Shown piece by piece: positions 1-12,700 of a stretch of 64,000 nt of DNA. Every line of letters starts with the position of its first letter. Position 1 is the first letter of the stretch. Both the position numbers and the translations under genes were made by a program. The stretch covers positions 32,001 to 96,000 of IMG/VR virus record IMGVR_UViG_3300032038_000011; one strand, 5' to 3'. The notes below the pieces were generated by a model. It saw only the letters and a program-made list of their open reading frames with translations. It was not told where the DNA came from and did not search any database. This stretch comes from a virus. Lineage: Duplodnaviria; Caudoviricetes.

Positions 1-162
1 TCCAGTATCTATAACCCATCCTTCAGGAGAAATAAAAGCACCTTGAATAAAACGACTAAATTGAAGGTATTCTTCTTCTAAATTAAAACTAAAATAAGCT
101 TTATTAAACTTAGACATAGCATCTTCCATTCTTTCTTTATCCATTTACCAATAATTCTCCTT

Positions 163-600
163 TTAATTTTGAAAATGTTTTATAAATTCGTCTAAATAAT
201 CGTAATCATAATAACTTTCTAATGGCTTTCTATGTGAGATAATTGCCTTACTTGAAGTTGTTTCAACTCCACCAAAGCAACTTTTTTCATATTTATCACA
301 AATTTCACATTTTTGTGGGCAAGTTGTACTATTATTCTTTAATTCATTTTCTGCATTTACAGAAGTAGTAAATTGCTTCCAAGTTTGTTCTAGTGATTTT
401 GCGTCACCACTAGTGCCTCTTTGATAATTATCCCACCATCCTTTGTCATCAAATGGTATTACAGTTGTTTTATCTGTTTGAATTGTAGTTTCTTTATTAC
501 TGCAATAAAAACACATAGGTGTAGTAGGGCTATATACTCTGCCGCACTCAGGACAACGCCAACCTTGAGGACCCCAACTTTGATAATTTGGATTATACAT
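163..600 (-). CDS. hypothetical protein with CxxC motifs
   Basis: 145-aa ORF with CPECG/CFYC motifs, in a minus-strand gene string. Confidence 0.6.
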   Translation of the reverse strand: MYNPNYQSWGPQGWRCPECGRVYSPTTPMCFYCSNKETTIQTDKTTVIPFDDKGWWDNYQRGTSGDAKSLEQTWKQFTTSVNAENELKNNSTTCPQKCEICDKYEKSCFGGVETTSSKAIISHRKPLESYYDYDYLDEFIKHFQN

Positions 601-788
601 TTTTATTTTCCTCCTTCTGGCTTATCGCACAGCACATTTGAGCATAGTTTGGTTGTGCTATTTGATTACTTTGTATCATATCGCGCAAACACATTTGCAT
701 ATTAGAATAAAATGGATAAGCACACGAACCTAAAGTTCCACTTGAAACTTGTAGCATTGTGCCACAACAAGGGCACATAATAATACAA

Positions 789-1007
789 CTATTCTCCATC
801 TCGTAACCTCTTAATTTCTCTATTAATATACCATATTGCCTTTTCTAAATCTTCAATTTCTTTATCAGGATTTTTAATACCTGCTCGCGCGATATATTTT
901 ACTGCATTGCCTCTATTGAAATTAAGATTCCATGCTTCAATAGCATCAATAACTTCTATTCCGCTATCTGCGAAATAATGATTAGGATGATTTACATTTT
1001 CAGACAT
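789..1007 (-). CDS. DUF3310-family phage protein (nucleotide kinase-like)
   Basis: VNHPNHY...IEVIDAIEAW...FNRGNAVKYIARAG.K...EDLEKAIWY signature. Confidence 0.8.
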   Translation of the reverse strand: MSENVNHPNHYFADSGIEVIDAIEAWNLNFNRGNAVKYIARAGIKNPDKEIEDLEKAIWYINREIKRLRDGE

Positions 1008-1136
1008 ACATTTCTCCTTTAAAAATATTCAAACAATATAAAATCTCCAATATACATAAAACGTAAAATTAAAGCAAAAAATAATATGATAAAAATAATT
1101 GTAAAGCAATCTAAATTATTATAAAAATTTTTCATT

Positions 1137-1523
1137 TTAATTTTTCCAAATAATATAACCACATTCACTTAAATCTCCAGGATAAAACCAATTTAACCAA
1201 GGAGATTGCTGTTTCGCGCGGAAACTTTTTAATTCAGCATTATATTTATTTATGCTTTCTACTAAAGTTCTTTCTTTATATTTTTCTTGATGTGTAACAT
1301 AATATTCAAGATTTGCATAATCAATATTTAATTGCGTTGCTTTTTCACGGCTTTCTACTCCGCAACAAATCATTGTAATTATTAATGCAAATAAAATAAT
1401 ACAAGCAAGCGTACAAAAAGCAAAACCGCCCATATTTATATCTTCATCATTTTTTTCTTTCCCATACCACATTAAAAAAATAGATAAAGCGAGAATATTT
1501 AAGCAAATAAGAAAAATTAGCAT
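1137..1523 (-). CDS. membrane protein
   Basis: Two hydrophobic N-terminal segments; GGAG RBS. Confidence 0.55.
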   Translation of the reverse strand: MLIFLICLNILALSIFLMWYGKEKNDEDINMGGFAFCTLACIILFALIITMICCGVESREKATQLNIDYANLEYYVTHQEKYKERTLVESINKYNAELKSFRAKQQSPWLNWFYPGDLSECGYIIWKN

Positions 1524-1532
1524 ATTAAACTC

Positions 1533-2270
1533 CTATTTAGTTAATTTTAATAAATATTTATTACTTAAAATATCTTCAATAGTTAATTCATCAAGAACCC
1601 AATATGGAATACGTTTTAATGGAATATTATTATTATAACACCATTGATTTTTAAAATTGTCTCGTTCTTGAGTTTTTTGAAAAACTTCTATAGTATTCCA
1701 ATTACCAGTAATTTGAAAATGTTGTATTCCATCATACTCTAATAAAAAACTATTTTCAATATAAAAATCAAATTTTGCTAAAGCATTAGTATTTGGAAAA
1801 ATACAAGTGCTAAATGTTTTTTGTGTTTCAAAATAAATATTATTTTCTTGTAAAAGTTGTATAATTTTATATTCACCATAAGATTTTAAACATCCACAAC
1901 TTTTAATATGCCCGTTAAGTAAATCACGTCCAGATACTAAAGTTTCATTTCCACAATTACAACGACATTTATATAATATATGTCTATCATTTGTTCGTCC
2001 AGCATTTTCTAATACTGTTAAATTATAAAAAGTTAAACCAATTAAATCTTTTATTTTACTTTTATTTCCACATTCAACACATCTTCTAGTAGGATTATTT
2101 TTCCTAGTTAAACTACCTCCACAAACAGTAAAAATTTTTCCACATGAACATTGACATTTCCAATATGGACGGTTATTTTTTATATTATGCTCATTAACAT
2201 AATTAAAATCTCGTTCTAATACTTTTAAACCATCAAAATCTTTACCAGTTAAATCTTTTACACTGGCCAT
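1533..2270 (-). CDS. putative free-standing homing endonuclease (CxC repeats plus C-terminal Vsr/PD-(D/E)XK-like domain)
   Basis: Repeated WKCQCSCG/YKCRCNCG..KSCGC motifs and C-terminal SYGE...FDFYI...LEYDGIQH. Confidence 0.7.
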   Translation of the reverse strand: MASVKDLTGKDFDGLKVLERDFNYVNEHNIKNNRPYWKCQCSCGKIFTVCGGSLTRKNNPTRRCVECGNKSKIKDLIGLTFYNLTVLENAGRTNDRHILYKCRCNCGNETLVSGRDLLNGHIKSCGCLKSYGEYKIIQLLQENNIYFETQKTFSTCIFPNTNALAKFDFYIENSFLLEYDGIQHFQITGNWNTIEVFQKTQERDNFKNQWCYNNNIPLKRIPYWVLDELTIEDILSNKYLLKLTK

Positions 2271-2276
2271 TTTTTA

Positions 2277-2474
2277 TCACTCCATAATTTGCCAAAATTG
2301 AGAGGCAATATTTTGAAGAGTATAATATAATTTTTCTTCATTTTTAGTAGATAAGCCTTTTTGATTATGCAACCATTTACTTAATGTAGTTAAATCGACT
2401 TTCATAATTTTAGCAATATAACTAAGTGACATACCATTATCTACAAAAAATTGTAATTTTTCTTTTAAAGTCAT
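2277..2474 (-). CDS. small XRE-type HTH protein
   Basis: MSLSYIAKIMKVDLTTLSKWL helix-turn-helix; start reassigned to the ATG after GGAGGG. Confidence 0.6.
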   Translation of the reverse strand: MTLKEKLQFFVDNGMSLSYIAKIMKVDLTTLSKWLHNQKGLSTKNEEKLYYTLQNIASQFWQIME

Positions 2475-2799
2475 AATATACCCTCCTTTCATTTTGAAAA
2501 TGATAATATTATCAAGATTCTTTGGCATTTTCTGCCAAATTTTTTTGATTTATAACTATTCCGTTATAAGATTTATTATACTCTAATTTTTGTTTATTTT
2601 TACAAATTGGACAATAAACATATGAATTTTCATATATTTCATTATCTTTTACATCAACGATTAATGCAGAACAATTTTCACAAATAAACCATAGGCCAGG
2701 ATGTTTTGCTGATAATACTTTCATTAAATAAAACCACTTCCATTATCATCATCTATAAAGAGAATAAAAATAGAAAGAAGAATGATTAGTAAATATGCG

Positions 2800-3373
2800 C
2801 TAATATGCATCTTCATCACCTAATGTATTTTCATCACAAAAACTATTTTTAGAAGTAAAATACCAATGAATTGGTTCATCATCAAGAACAGCAAAATCAG
2901 TTTTATACGCGCAATAACCAAAATCTCCATCAGTGTTTATGGTTGGATGCTCTTGCTCAAAATATTCACAATTGCGACAACATCGCACATTTATTTGAGC
3001 TGGAACAGTTTTGTTTTCTGTAATTTCTGGCTCAATATCATCAATTATATCTAAAATTTTATTTAAATGAGTATCTTTTAAATATTGTTCTAAAATTTCC
3101 CTACTATAGTATTTCAATGTCGTCTCCCCTAGAAGCATGATCATCATTACAAAAGCTATTTGTATCTACACGAATATAATGAGGAGTATACTTACCTTCT
3201 CCTTCAAAAGAAAGTCTCCTACACCAACCACGTGTGACATCTTGAAAAGGTTGAACGCCATCAATTTCAAAGAACGGACAATCGCGGCAAAACCTTACAT
3301 TGATTGTATATCCTTGGCCTTCAGCAGAAGCAATATCATCATCATCAACAAATGCGTTATAAATATATTCCAT
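2800..3373 (-). CDS. two tandem paralogous Cys-rich small proteins (2800-3147 and 3104-3373)
   Basis: Both contain INVR.CR.C..FE...G.C....NSFC. Confidence 0.55.
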
Positions 3374-3388
3374 ATTAAAAATCTCCTA

Positions 3389-4264
3389 TTAATGCGCTGC
3401 TAAATCTGCTTCATGAAGAAGCATTAATTCATTCCAAAGTTCTTCACCTAAACGCTCTCGCCAAGTAGCTTGTGCGCGCGAATCCATATAAGGAATCATA
3501 TGATAATTTATTAATGTAGCACAATGGTAAGAATCGCCCAGATTTAAAGAAAGATAAGCACTAACATTTTCGTGATTAGGGTAATGAGCATTTTTACCAT
3601 TATCTTTCTTCCAATATTCTTGCGTCCAAGCTTTACCAAAATCATGCCCTAATGCTGCTTCACAAATATAAGTCTTAAAATTATTTTTAAGAGTATAATC
3701 ATAGGCGTTAACACAATGCTCAAATAAAGTTAAAGTATGATGTTCATTTTTTTGATCGCCAAAATTAAGAACTTGATTAAGAATTTTATGGTATACTTCT
3801 CGTCTTTCTTCATAAGTACAATTGTGAACTACATCAATAATATCAAAACCCTCATTATAAACCGGAAGCTGTAGGGTCTTTAACTGCTTCATAAAAAGCC
3901 AATCCGGAACTTGACGTTCACGCATCTTATTCTGCTTCTGGCATACTTCTATCGGAGTATTAAAAACAACTGCGCGAATAATAGCATCCGGCCGCACGCT
4001 CTTCATCTGACGAATAGCATGAAGTCGATACTTCATAGTAAGATTGGTAGAACAGAAAATAACAGACTTATCCGCGCGCAGAGCATCTTTTGCGCGCTTA
4101 TAGATAAGATTAAAAACCTTATCCGGATTATCCTGGCAGGTAGCATCGCCATAAAGCTCTTCGCGCACAGCATCAGAATCTAGTACAACATAACCTTTCT
4201 GCTTATAAGCCCAAGTGGTCTTACCCGAAGCAGCAATGCCTACACAAAATACAACCTCTACCAT
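3389..4264 (-). CDS. polynucleotide kinase (AAA_33 P-loop) fused to an HD domain
   Basis: GIAASGKTT Walker A, DSDAVREEL, C-terminal H..TL.EH...HDFGK; start at the ATG after AAAGGAG. Confidence 0.8.
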   Translation of the reverse strand: MVEVVFCVGIAASGKTTWAYKQKGYVVLDSDAVREELYGDATCQDNPDKVFNLIYKRAKDALRADKSVIFCSTNLTMKYRLHAIRQMKSVRPDAIIRAVVFNTPIEVCQKQNKMRERQVPDWLFMKQLKTLQLPVYNEGFDIIDVVHNCTYEERREVYHKILNQVLNFGDQKNEHHTLTLFEHCVNAYDYTLKNNFKTYICEAALGHDFGKAWTQEYWKKDNGKNAHYPNHENVSAYLSLNLGDSYHCATLINYHMIPYMDSRAQATWRERLGEELWNELMLLHEADLAAH

Positions 4265-4277
4265 AAGTTCTCCTTTC

Positions 4278-4628
4278 TTAATGCGCGATAAATTTAGCGT
4301 TATCTGGAAAGTCATGAATTAATCGTTTTGGCAAATCTCCTATAAACCAAAGAGAATGAGTTTTTACAATTACTCCATCGTTAAATTGGATTTCCCAATA
4401 TTTTCCACCCATTCCATGAGGTTCATCTTTTTCGCTACCAATTTGATAAGCTTTTCTATCAATAATAACGTATTCATGATTTCTATCATTTATTACTCTT
4501 GCGGCAAATTTATCCCAGTGATAAAATTCATAACAGTTATTTTTGCCACAAATATAACTATTTGGGCCAATATTATAATAAAAATCACCTTGAATCTTTT
4601 GGCCGCAAACATAACAATACTTATCCAT
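4278..4628 (-). CDS. hypothetical phage protein
   Basis: 116-aa ORF directly downstream of a consensus promoter. Confidence 0.6.
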   Translation of the reverse strand: MDKYCYVCGQKIQGDFYYNIGPNSYICGKNNCYEFYHWDKFAARVINDRNHEYVIIDRKAYQIGSEKDEPHGMGGKYWEIQFNDGVIVKTHSLWFIGDLPKRLIHDFPDNAKFIAH

Positions 4629-4658
4629 AAACCTCTTCCCTTTCTTTTTTCTATATAT

Positions 4659-4687
4659 ATTATAGCAAAAAATAAAAAGGAAGTCAA
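4659..4687 (-). promoter_or_regulatory. sigma-A-type promoter overlapped by the upstream terminator hairpin
   Basis: TTGACT-N17-TATAAT on the minus strand; hairpin AAGGAAGTCAAGT/ACTTGACTTCCTT. Confidence 0.7.
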
Positions 4688-4709
4688 GTATTGACTTGAC
4701 TTCCTTATT

Positions 4710-5324
4710 TTATTGAATTAATTTCCAAACATCTGGAAAATCACGTGGAGCCCACATATTATTATCTATTAAAGATTCGTAAATGTGTTCACCAATACGT
4801 GTTCTATCGCCTATATTATAATTTTCTTTATTAATCTCATTCCATTCTTCAACCAAATCTGGAGGAGTTTTAATTTTTTCATAACAATCAGTATTTAATA
4901 CTGGATTTGCGTCATTAATAGGAGTTTGAATTACATTATATAATTTTCCATTATATAATACTTTATCTCCTTTTTGATATTTATTATTATAAGACCACTC
5001 TTCATATAAAAATTTTATTTTATAAGCATCATCATTTGAAAGCAAATTTAGTGCTTTAGATAATATTTTTCTGGAATTTAAGATTTGTTTCTGAGTGATA
5101 TTTTGAAAATCTCCAATTAGAGTTTGACAAATAAAATGTTCGTCAGCAATTGGTGCAGGAATAGCCACATTAGTTTCTGAAAATTTTTCAGCTTCTTTTT
5201 CATTTGCTACAATTATTTCTGAATATATTTGGCCTTGATACTCAAGAAAGAAATTTTTATCTGAATAAACTTTAATTAAAGGAGTTGAAGAGTTTGGACT
5301 AATATATCTTTCTTTTATTATCAT
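4710..5324 (-). CDS. protein with CBM5/12-like carbohydrate-binding repeats
   Basis: EEW....YQKGDKVLYNGKLY and EEW....YNIGD....GEHIYESLIDNNMWAP..FP..W. Confidence 0.65.
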   Translation of the reverse strand: MIIKERYISPNSSTPLIKVYSDKNFFLEYQGQIYSEIIVANEKEAEKFSETNVAIPAPIADEHFICQTLIGDFQNITQKQILNSRKILSKALNLLSNDDAYKIKFLYEEWSYNNKYQKGDKVLYNGKLYNVIQTPINDANPVLNTDCYEKIKTPPDLVEEWNEINKENYNIGDRTRIGEHIYESLIDNNMWAPRDFPDVWKLIQ

Positions 5325-5338
5325 TATTATACCCTCCT

Positions 5339-6787
5339 TTAAATACAAAATCCTACTATTATATAAGGACGAGTAGTTGAATTACCTGTAACTACTTCCA
5401 TAGGATGTTCTGCATTATTTATAGATCTTAATTGATCAGGATAATTAGAATTATTATTAGTATAATCTCTTAAAGCTACACAAATTTTTTGTCCATCAAT
5501 TTCATTAATATTTGTTTCACCTAAACGATAATCAATTTTACTCCAAGGATCGCTTTTAAAATAATTATAAGTAAACGCACCTGCTTGGATTGATGTTTTA
5601 ATGCCTAATTCAACTGCTGAAGGTGGCCAACAACCAGTTTCAATTGAAGAGTAATCATTTGCGTCGCCATTAGTATTAAATCCTTTACTAAATTTTTTTA
5701 CTGCTTTAATATTATTTTTAACTATATCTTCAAAACCTTCATATATTCTTGTTACAGCTTCTCGAAATTCTAAAGCATTTGCATATTGACGAGGAGTTGA
5801 ATTATCAAAATTACTACTTCCAACAGATTTTAATGTAAAATCTGATATAGTGACCCCTAGCCAAGAAGAATGTGCTGTTTTAGTATTATCTTCTGCTAAT
5901 ATATCTTGATTTTTCCCCACAAGATAAAACTCTACTGGCACTTCATTAATTTTTACTAGCATTTTTTTCCCTAATTCATATTCTGGCCCCAATTGACTAC
6001 TTTTATTACAATCTGATAAAATTTGTTCCCAAGTTTTATTTAAAAAATTATTTTTATCAGCTAATAAATCTCTTTCATAGTCTTCTAAAGAAAAAATTTT
6101 ATCTTTAAAAGAACCCCAATTATCCGCTGTTTTATAAGCAGATACTAAATCTTTTGGAACATAAATCCGCCCTTTGTCTCCACTACCGATAGGAGTAGTA
6201 TTAAACCCTGCTGTTCTTATTAAAGGAATTACATATGGATAATTTAAACGTAAATACTTTAAAAAATAATTATTTCTAAACCAAAAACCATTAAATTTAT
6301 AACTACTATTATCTGTTTCATTCATATAAAAATTCCCCAAAGATACGTCTGAAAGCCAATAATTATTCCAAAAACTTACTTTAATATTGTTTGCCACAGC
6401 AATATCATCGCTTCCCGCAGGTAATGGTTTTGTAGTTCCTTTAAAATTTGGTAAATTTAAAGTTTGAATTTTTGTATCTCTTAAAATAGAAGTTAATAAA
6501 TTATTATTACTATCAGGAAAATAAGAACGCTCAAATTCAATCGCTTGTAAATTATCTAAATTAATATTTAATAAATTATCTCCTTCTAAAATATATGGAG
6601 ATTGTTGCATATTTGGCAAATTAATTGTGGTTAAATTTGGATTACTTATAATTAATCTATTCCATAAAGGTTCACCAGTATCAGAATCTATTCTAATCAA
6701 CTCTGGTAAATTTAATTCTGTAAAACTTGACTCATTCTTAAAGAATGAGTCAAGTTTTGCTAAACTTTGCTGAGGATTTGTTATCAT
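5339..6787 (-). CDS. LRR-like protein with DUF6273-like C-terminus (putative receptor-binding accessory)
   Basis: LNLP repeats, IYVPKDLVSAYKTADNW motif, C-terminal ending IIVGFCI. Confidence 0.5.
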   Translation of the reverse strand: MITNPQQSLAKLDSFFKNESSFTELNLPELIRIDSDTGEPLWNRLIISNPNLTTINLPNMQQSPYILEGDNLLNINLDNLQAIEFERSYFPDSNNNLLTSILRDTKIQTLNLPNFKGTTKPLPAGSDDIAVANNIKVSFWNNYWLSDVSLGNFYMNETDNSSYKFNGFWFRNNYFLKYLRLNYPYVIPLIRTAGFNTTPIGSGDKGRIYVPKDLVSAYKTADNWGSFKDKIFSLEDYERDLLADKNNFLNKTWEQILSDCNKSSQLGPEYELGKKMLVKINEVPVEFYLVGKNQDILAEDNTKTAHSSWLGVTISDFTLKSVGSSNFDNSTPRQYANALEFREAVTRIYEGFEDIVKNNIKAVKKFSKGFNTNGDANDYSSIETGCWPPSAVELGIKTSIQAGAFTYNYFKSDPWSKIDYRLGETNINEIDGQKICVALRDYTNNNSNYPDQLRSINNAEHPMEVVTGNSTTRPYIIVGFCI

Positions 6788-9700
6788 AGTGGCCCTACCT
6801 CCTCCATTAGAGCTTGATATGTAGTATTAGTTGCGTCAACAATTCTAATATTACTTCTTTCAGATTCTATTAAACTATAAGGAACATTAGCATATCCTGA
6901 AGAATTAATAGAATTTGGATATAAATCTCTAACAACTGAATTTTTAACATATAAATAATTATTTCCAGCAATAAAACCAGAAAAACCTGAGTTTCTGTCT
7001 CTTTTAGATATAATTGGTAATTCAGAATTTAAAATAATTAAATTACAATTTTGCATATTATTAAAACTAAAATTATCTATTCTAATTTGGCCAGAACCAG
7101 TAAAAACAATAATACCATTATTTAAAGAATTAAAGCAATATTGTTCAAAATCAATATTAGTTCCAGTAAAAATATAAATTTTTCTATTTAATGTATTAGC
7201 ATAAGAAAACGCATAAGAATCTACAAAAGTTGCTTCAGTTTTTAATCTTTTAAGATTTGTACTATGGAAAAACGCAGCTTTAGGTATAGTAGTTATAGAA
7301 CCTAAATCGCAAGATACAATCTTATTTAAGAAATAATTTGTAAATATATCATCTTTATGATAATAAGTAATTAATAAATCCATATTACCAGTAACTCGTA
7401 ACCCTGAAGTTCCTGTTGGAACAAAAGGTTTTACGCTTAAATATCTATAAATACGTTCTTCATCATCAACTTCTCTTTCACTTTCATCGCCTATCATAGT
7501 TATTTGATTATTTTTTACTGGAAGATAATTTTCTATATCAGTATATAAAATTTTATTTGGTATACCTCCAGCAACAACAGTTCTTTCTAATTCTAATAAT
7601 GGTTCGCCTTGCTTTAAGCCATTAATATCTGTATTATAAAGTTTAACTTTATAAGTTTGAGGGCTTCTACTATATACGGCATACCAAGTTTGAGTAGTAT
7701 TAGTTTTAATTTGATCGGTTATTTCTTCACGATTGTCGCCAGTTTGAATACTATCTGCTATTTGATTTCCATCTGTAGTCCAATAATTTGGTCTATACTG
7801 ATAATAATTTCTTTCAAAAACATAATCGTCAGTATTCAAATTTTCCATAAATTCCCCTTCAAAATAATATCGAGTAATTGTGTTATATTTATTAATATCA
7901 GCAGTTTGTAAAATATAATCTATTTTGTATTCAATATCTTCAACGGGGAAAACATCTAAATTATCTTGAATATTTATTAATGGTTTATCCCATTCTTTCA
8001 AATTCCATCGTGTTGGTGCACCCCAAACCCAATTTGGGTCTTTAGCTAAATTGTAAGCTAGTAATTCTTCTTCATTAAATACTGTTTTAATATCATAAAT
8101 TACTTGGCTTCCTTGTCCACCAATAGTATATAATGTTTTAAGAAGTTTTCCATTTGGATCAAAAAATCTTATATTATAATACTCATGGTCTATATTTTCT
8201 TCATCAGTATAAAAGAATTTTAAATCATTTGTAAAATAATTTTGAAGTTCTTCTATATCGAAATCTCCCATATTTTCAGTTAATTTTATTGTTCCTGTAA
8301 TAGCATAATTAGGAATAGTTTTAACCTTTTCAAATAATTGTTTAAAATCTATACCTTGAACTTTCCAATTTACATTTAATAAATTTAATAATAATAAATT
8401 ATCTAAAGATAAAGTTCTATTAAAAGTATCAATTTGAGCACAATTATCTATAGTTAAATATTTTAAATTACTTAAATCATTAATAATAAAATTAGAATCT
8501 TTTAAATAATTTAAATTTTTCATAACAATAGCATTTGGATAACCCAAATAAGCTGTTTCTAATAGGCCACCATCTGCAAAAGAATAGCCAGAAAATGAAG
8601 AGCCAGAAGCATCTAAATATTTGAGTGCAGGACAACCTTCGAGAGATAATGGCGCACTTACTGCTTTTAAATTTTGAATTTCTAATCTTTCTAGCATACT
8701 ATTTGTTGAAAAATCAAATGTTCCTTGTTCTGTATCACTAATATTTAAATTTTGATAACCTTCTATATTTGAGCCTATTTTTATGGAGCGTAATCTATAA
8801 GCTGCACCAAATGAACTTTGGCCTGGATATAATGGAGATAAATCTCCTATTTCTTGAATCATTGAGGCAGTATCAATATTAATTACAGTATCATTTAACC
8901 CCAAATAATTGCCATTTTTTTCTCTAAAAACTAAAGTTTTCAATTCTCCTTTTTGGGCTTTTTCATGCAAATGATTATTACCCATATGTACTGTTACATA
9001 ACATTTATTATACATTTTTACACTTACTTCAGATTTAGAAGGAACTACAGAAAGAGAGGTTCTAATTATTTCTTTTGTTTCTTCATCCATATCATTTGTA
9101 ATTGTAGGAGTATATCCACGTAAAGTAACAATATTACCAACACTTCTAGGACTCATATATTTAGAAGCTAAATATAATTCTTGAAAAGTTTCATAATGTT
9201 GTCTTTGATGAATTTTTTGTCCTCCATCTAAGAAGCTTAACCATCCAGTATTAATACCTCTTTCGTAAGGTCTTAAATAATCATATCTATAACATTCATT
9301 CCAAACTCTTTCTGGGATTTTTTGTTGTTCATTTAATAAGAAATTATGGTAAGTTAATGAATTCCAAGCATTACTAAATTTTCCATCTTTAGAGCGTGCG
9401 GATTCTCTATTAATAAACATAGTTGCACAAGCTTCTGTTAAGTTACTTATAAAAATAAACCATACAGAATCTGCAGCATTAAAAACCATTTTACCATTTA
9501 TAGAATCATCTGCTTCATTACCATAATCAAAAACTAATTGTCCTTCATTATTATTACCATCACTAGTGTCGTTATCATAATTTTTACTTAAATCCCAAAT
9601 CCAATAACCTTCTTGATCTTCTCCATCAATATTTTTTATAGTTTTTGCTGCAGACCAGAAAGTATTTTTAGCAACATTATCAACCATTGTATGACGTTCA

Positions 9701-12700
9701 ATATAGCAAAAATGATAAACAACAGAATCCATAGCCATATAATCTTCACATTCAGATAACATTTTCGCCATACGACGTTCAAAACTGTCAATAGTATAAG
9801 TTCCTGCATATTCCGAAACTGTAGAACCCCTTAATACTTGAGTTCCTTCTCGTTCATGCCCTCTGAAAGTATAAGTTTCATAAGTTTCTGGACTTTCTAA
9901 TGGTTCATTTGTTGCGGCTTTTGGATTTCGACTTGCCATCCATTTAACAAAACGTTCCCATCCATCTGTAATCATTTTATCTGGAGTTTTAGTATTTGGG
10001 AAACGCATTCCGTAAGAATGATCCATATTTTTTACTTTTCCTGTCCAATCTAAATCTTCAGGCCAAGTAATCATACGTTGCCCTTCAGTAGTATTATCAT
10101 TTACTTCAATACAACACTCATTATCATTATGGAAAATATGAGTATTCTTTTTACTATTTCCTAAATTACCAATAGAATACATATAATATTTTTCTGACTG
10201 ACGAAGAGGTTTTTCAGAAAATAAAGGAACCTCTAATACAGATTCATGAGTTACAGGATCTTCTATAGTAGGCTCATCTATACCCCTATCTAAGATAAAT
10301 TGTACACCCATAACAAATTCCATACAATCTCTTTCAGATAAAGAGGGATAAGGTTGGAAATTTTGATACCACATAGCATTACACATATTATTAACTTGCT
10401 CACAAGAAGCAAAATTAACTTTCATATTAGCATATGTAATTGGAATTGAAGTATCAGTAAGTTTTATCCCTTTATGTTCAAGACCTTCAGCTAATAAATT
10501 TTCTCCACTTGCAGAAGCTAATTCAGCATTACTATATTTAGTAAAATTAATATCTGTATTTGCCGCGCCTTTTCGATAATTAACAGAAGAAGTTCCTTGA
10601 ACTGTTAAAGCTGCATTTTTTGCTGTTAAACCATCATAATATTCTTTTCCACCATTTAACCACATTTGAGTAAATTTATTAACTAATACTGGATCATCTT
10701 TTGCGGTTGTCATACGAGAAATATCATATAGCCAAATTCGACAATCTGGCGCAGCTTTATATAATAAATTATAATCTATTTCTCCATCATCACCAAGAAT
10801 ATTATTACGATTATATCTTGCTTTCATTGTTGTGGCGTTTGGAGCATCAGAAATAAAGTTGGCAATATGTTCGTCAATAGATAATTTTTTATAATAACTT
10901 TTAACTAGATATATATAAACATCACAGTTTGTAGAGCCAATTATAATATTAGATTTATCTGTTTGTTCAAATAAATCAGTAGAATTGCATACACGAACAG
11001 TAGACATAACTCCATCTACCCAACACATTATATAGCGTGGATTATTATTAGTTCCATAAACTTCAAATTCTAATTCAATATAAACATTTTCACCATATTG
11101 AGTAGATACACTTTGACCAGAAGATTTTAAAAATCCTCTATGGGCAAATAATTGAATGCCAATTTCATTTGAATAGCAATCTAAAATTTTTGCGTCATAA
11201 TCACTACAATTTGCTGTTTTTAAAATAATTTTAAAATTTAATCCATTTGTTAAATTAGAATTAAATAATTGTTTATTTATTGTTAATGTAGTTCCTGCTT
11301 TTATACAAATATATTGCTGAATATTTCTATTAGCATCTCTTTCTGTTTTAAGGCCACCATTAATCCAATCAAAATTATCCGAGAAAGTTAAAAGTTCATT
11401 ATTCCGTAAATCAGAATTGCTGACTATATCACTTGCTTTAATTTTAAAGTCATAATCACCAATTTCTTCGTTATCTATTTCAACACTTTTAACAGAAATA
11501 TGAATCTTTTTTATTACAGAGCCAACAGAAATTGTTAAAATTTTTTCTCCAATAGTAGTAGGAGAATAATTCCAATATTGAATTGACCTATTAATATTAT
11601 TCCAAATATCAACAGTTTCTCCATTTACTGCTAAAACAATATTACTAGTTAAAGTAGAATTTGGTGTATAAATAACAATAGGAAGAGCAACTGTATCATA
11701 TTGTTCCATTTCTTGAATAAAAATTCCATCTTCATCTTTAATAAAATTACCTTCTTCATCTTTTTTCATAATTTCAATTAAAGGTGAACTAGAAATAATA
11801 GGAGTTATATTAGAAGGTTCTAATACTATTATATCATGAAATTGAGAATCTGTAGTTTCATTTTTATTATCAATAGTTGCAGTTAAAAATATCTCACAAG
11901 TATGAGTTCCATGAGATAAATTATGCTCAAAAGTATATGTTTGTGTAATACCAGACTGTAATGTTGTTCTTGTTAAATAAATTTCATGGTCCGTTCCTTT
12001 ATCAATATAAATATGTGTAGTCTTATTAAGGTTAGCACCATAAGGAATCCATTCTAAAGTAATTACTCCAGTATTAAAAATAGTTTCTTCATTATAATCC
12101 CAAGTAAAAGAAAAATTGACAACATTAATTGTCCAAGTTTTTCTTACAATGGTATTATATTCTCCACCGGTATTTACAGAAACTTGTAAAATAATATTAT
12201 TTGTTCCAACAGATAAATAAGGTGAAATATTAAAATCATTATTTATAGTCGTAGTATCAGTATCAGATTTTAAGTTTTTTGCACTACTTGTCGCAACCTG
12301 AACTCCTCCTACGAACCATGTTGCAGTACCATCACCAACTAATTCTCCACTTGAGTCTCTTGCTTCTAATTTATATTCTATAAAACAAGGTTTCCCAGTT
12401 AAAATTTGTACAGAAGCTTCGGTAACACGAGTTATACTAGCAGTACCACTGATAGTAGTTCCTCCACTTCCACCACCTTTAGGTAATGGTATATAAGTAT
12501 TTTTAATATCCGCGTTCATTCCCTCAACATTTGTTGGCTTTTCGGTTTCTTCACGTTTTAAACGTAAATAGGTAGTTTCATCATCTTCTAGATCAACAAT
12601 ATCTGCATCTGTATAAACATCATCAATAGTATTTTTCCATCCTTCTACAGTAGTAATACGTGTTGAAAGTTGAGTATTTGCTGTTTCCGTAGCTGTAACT

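Noticed and set aside
5339-6787. Diversity-generating retroelement target
   Set aside because: The C-terminus is of a type sometimes diversified, but no reverse transcriptase or TR/VR repeat pair was seen in the window.
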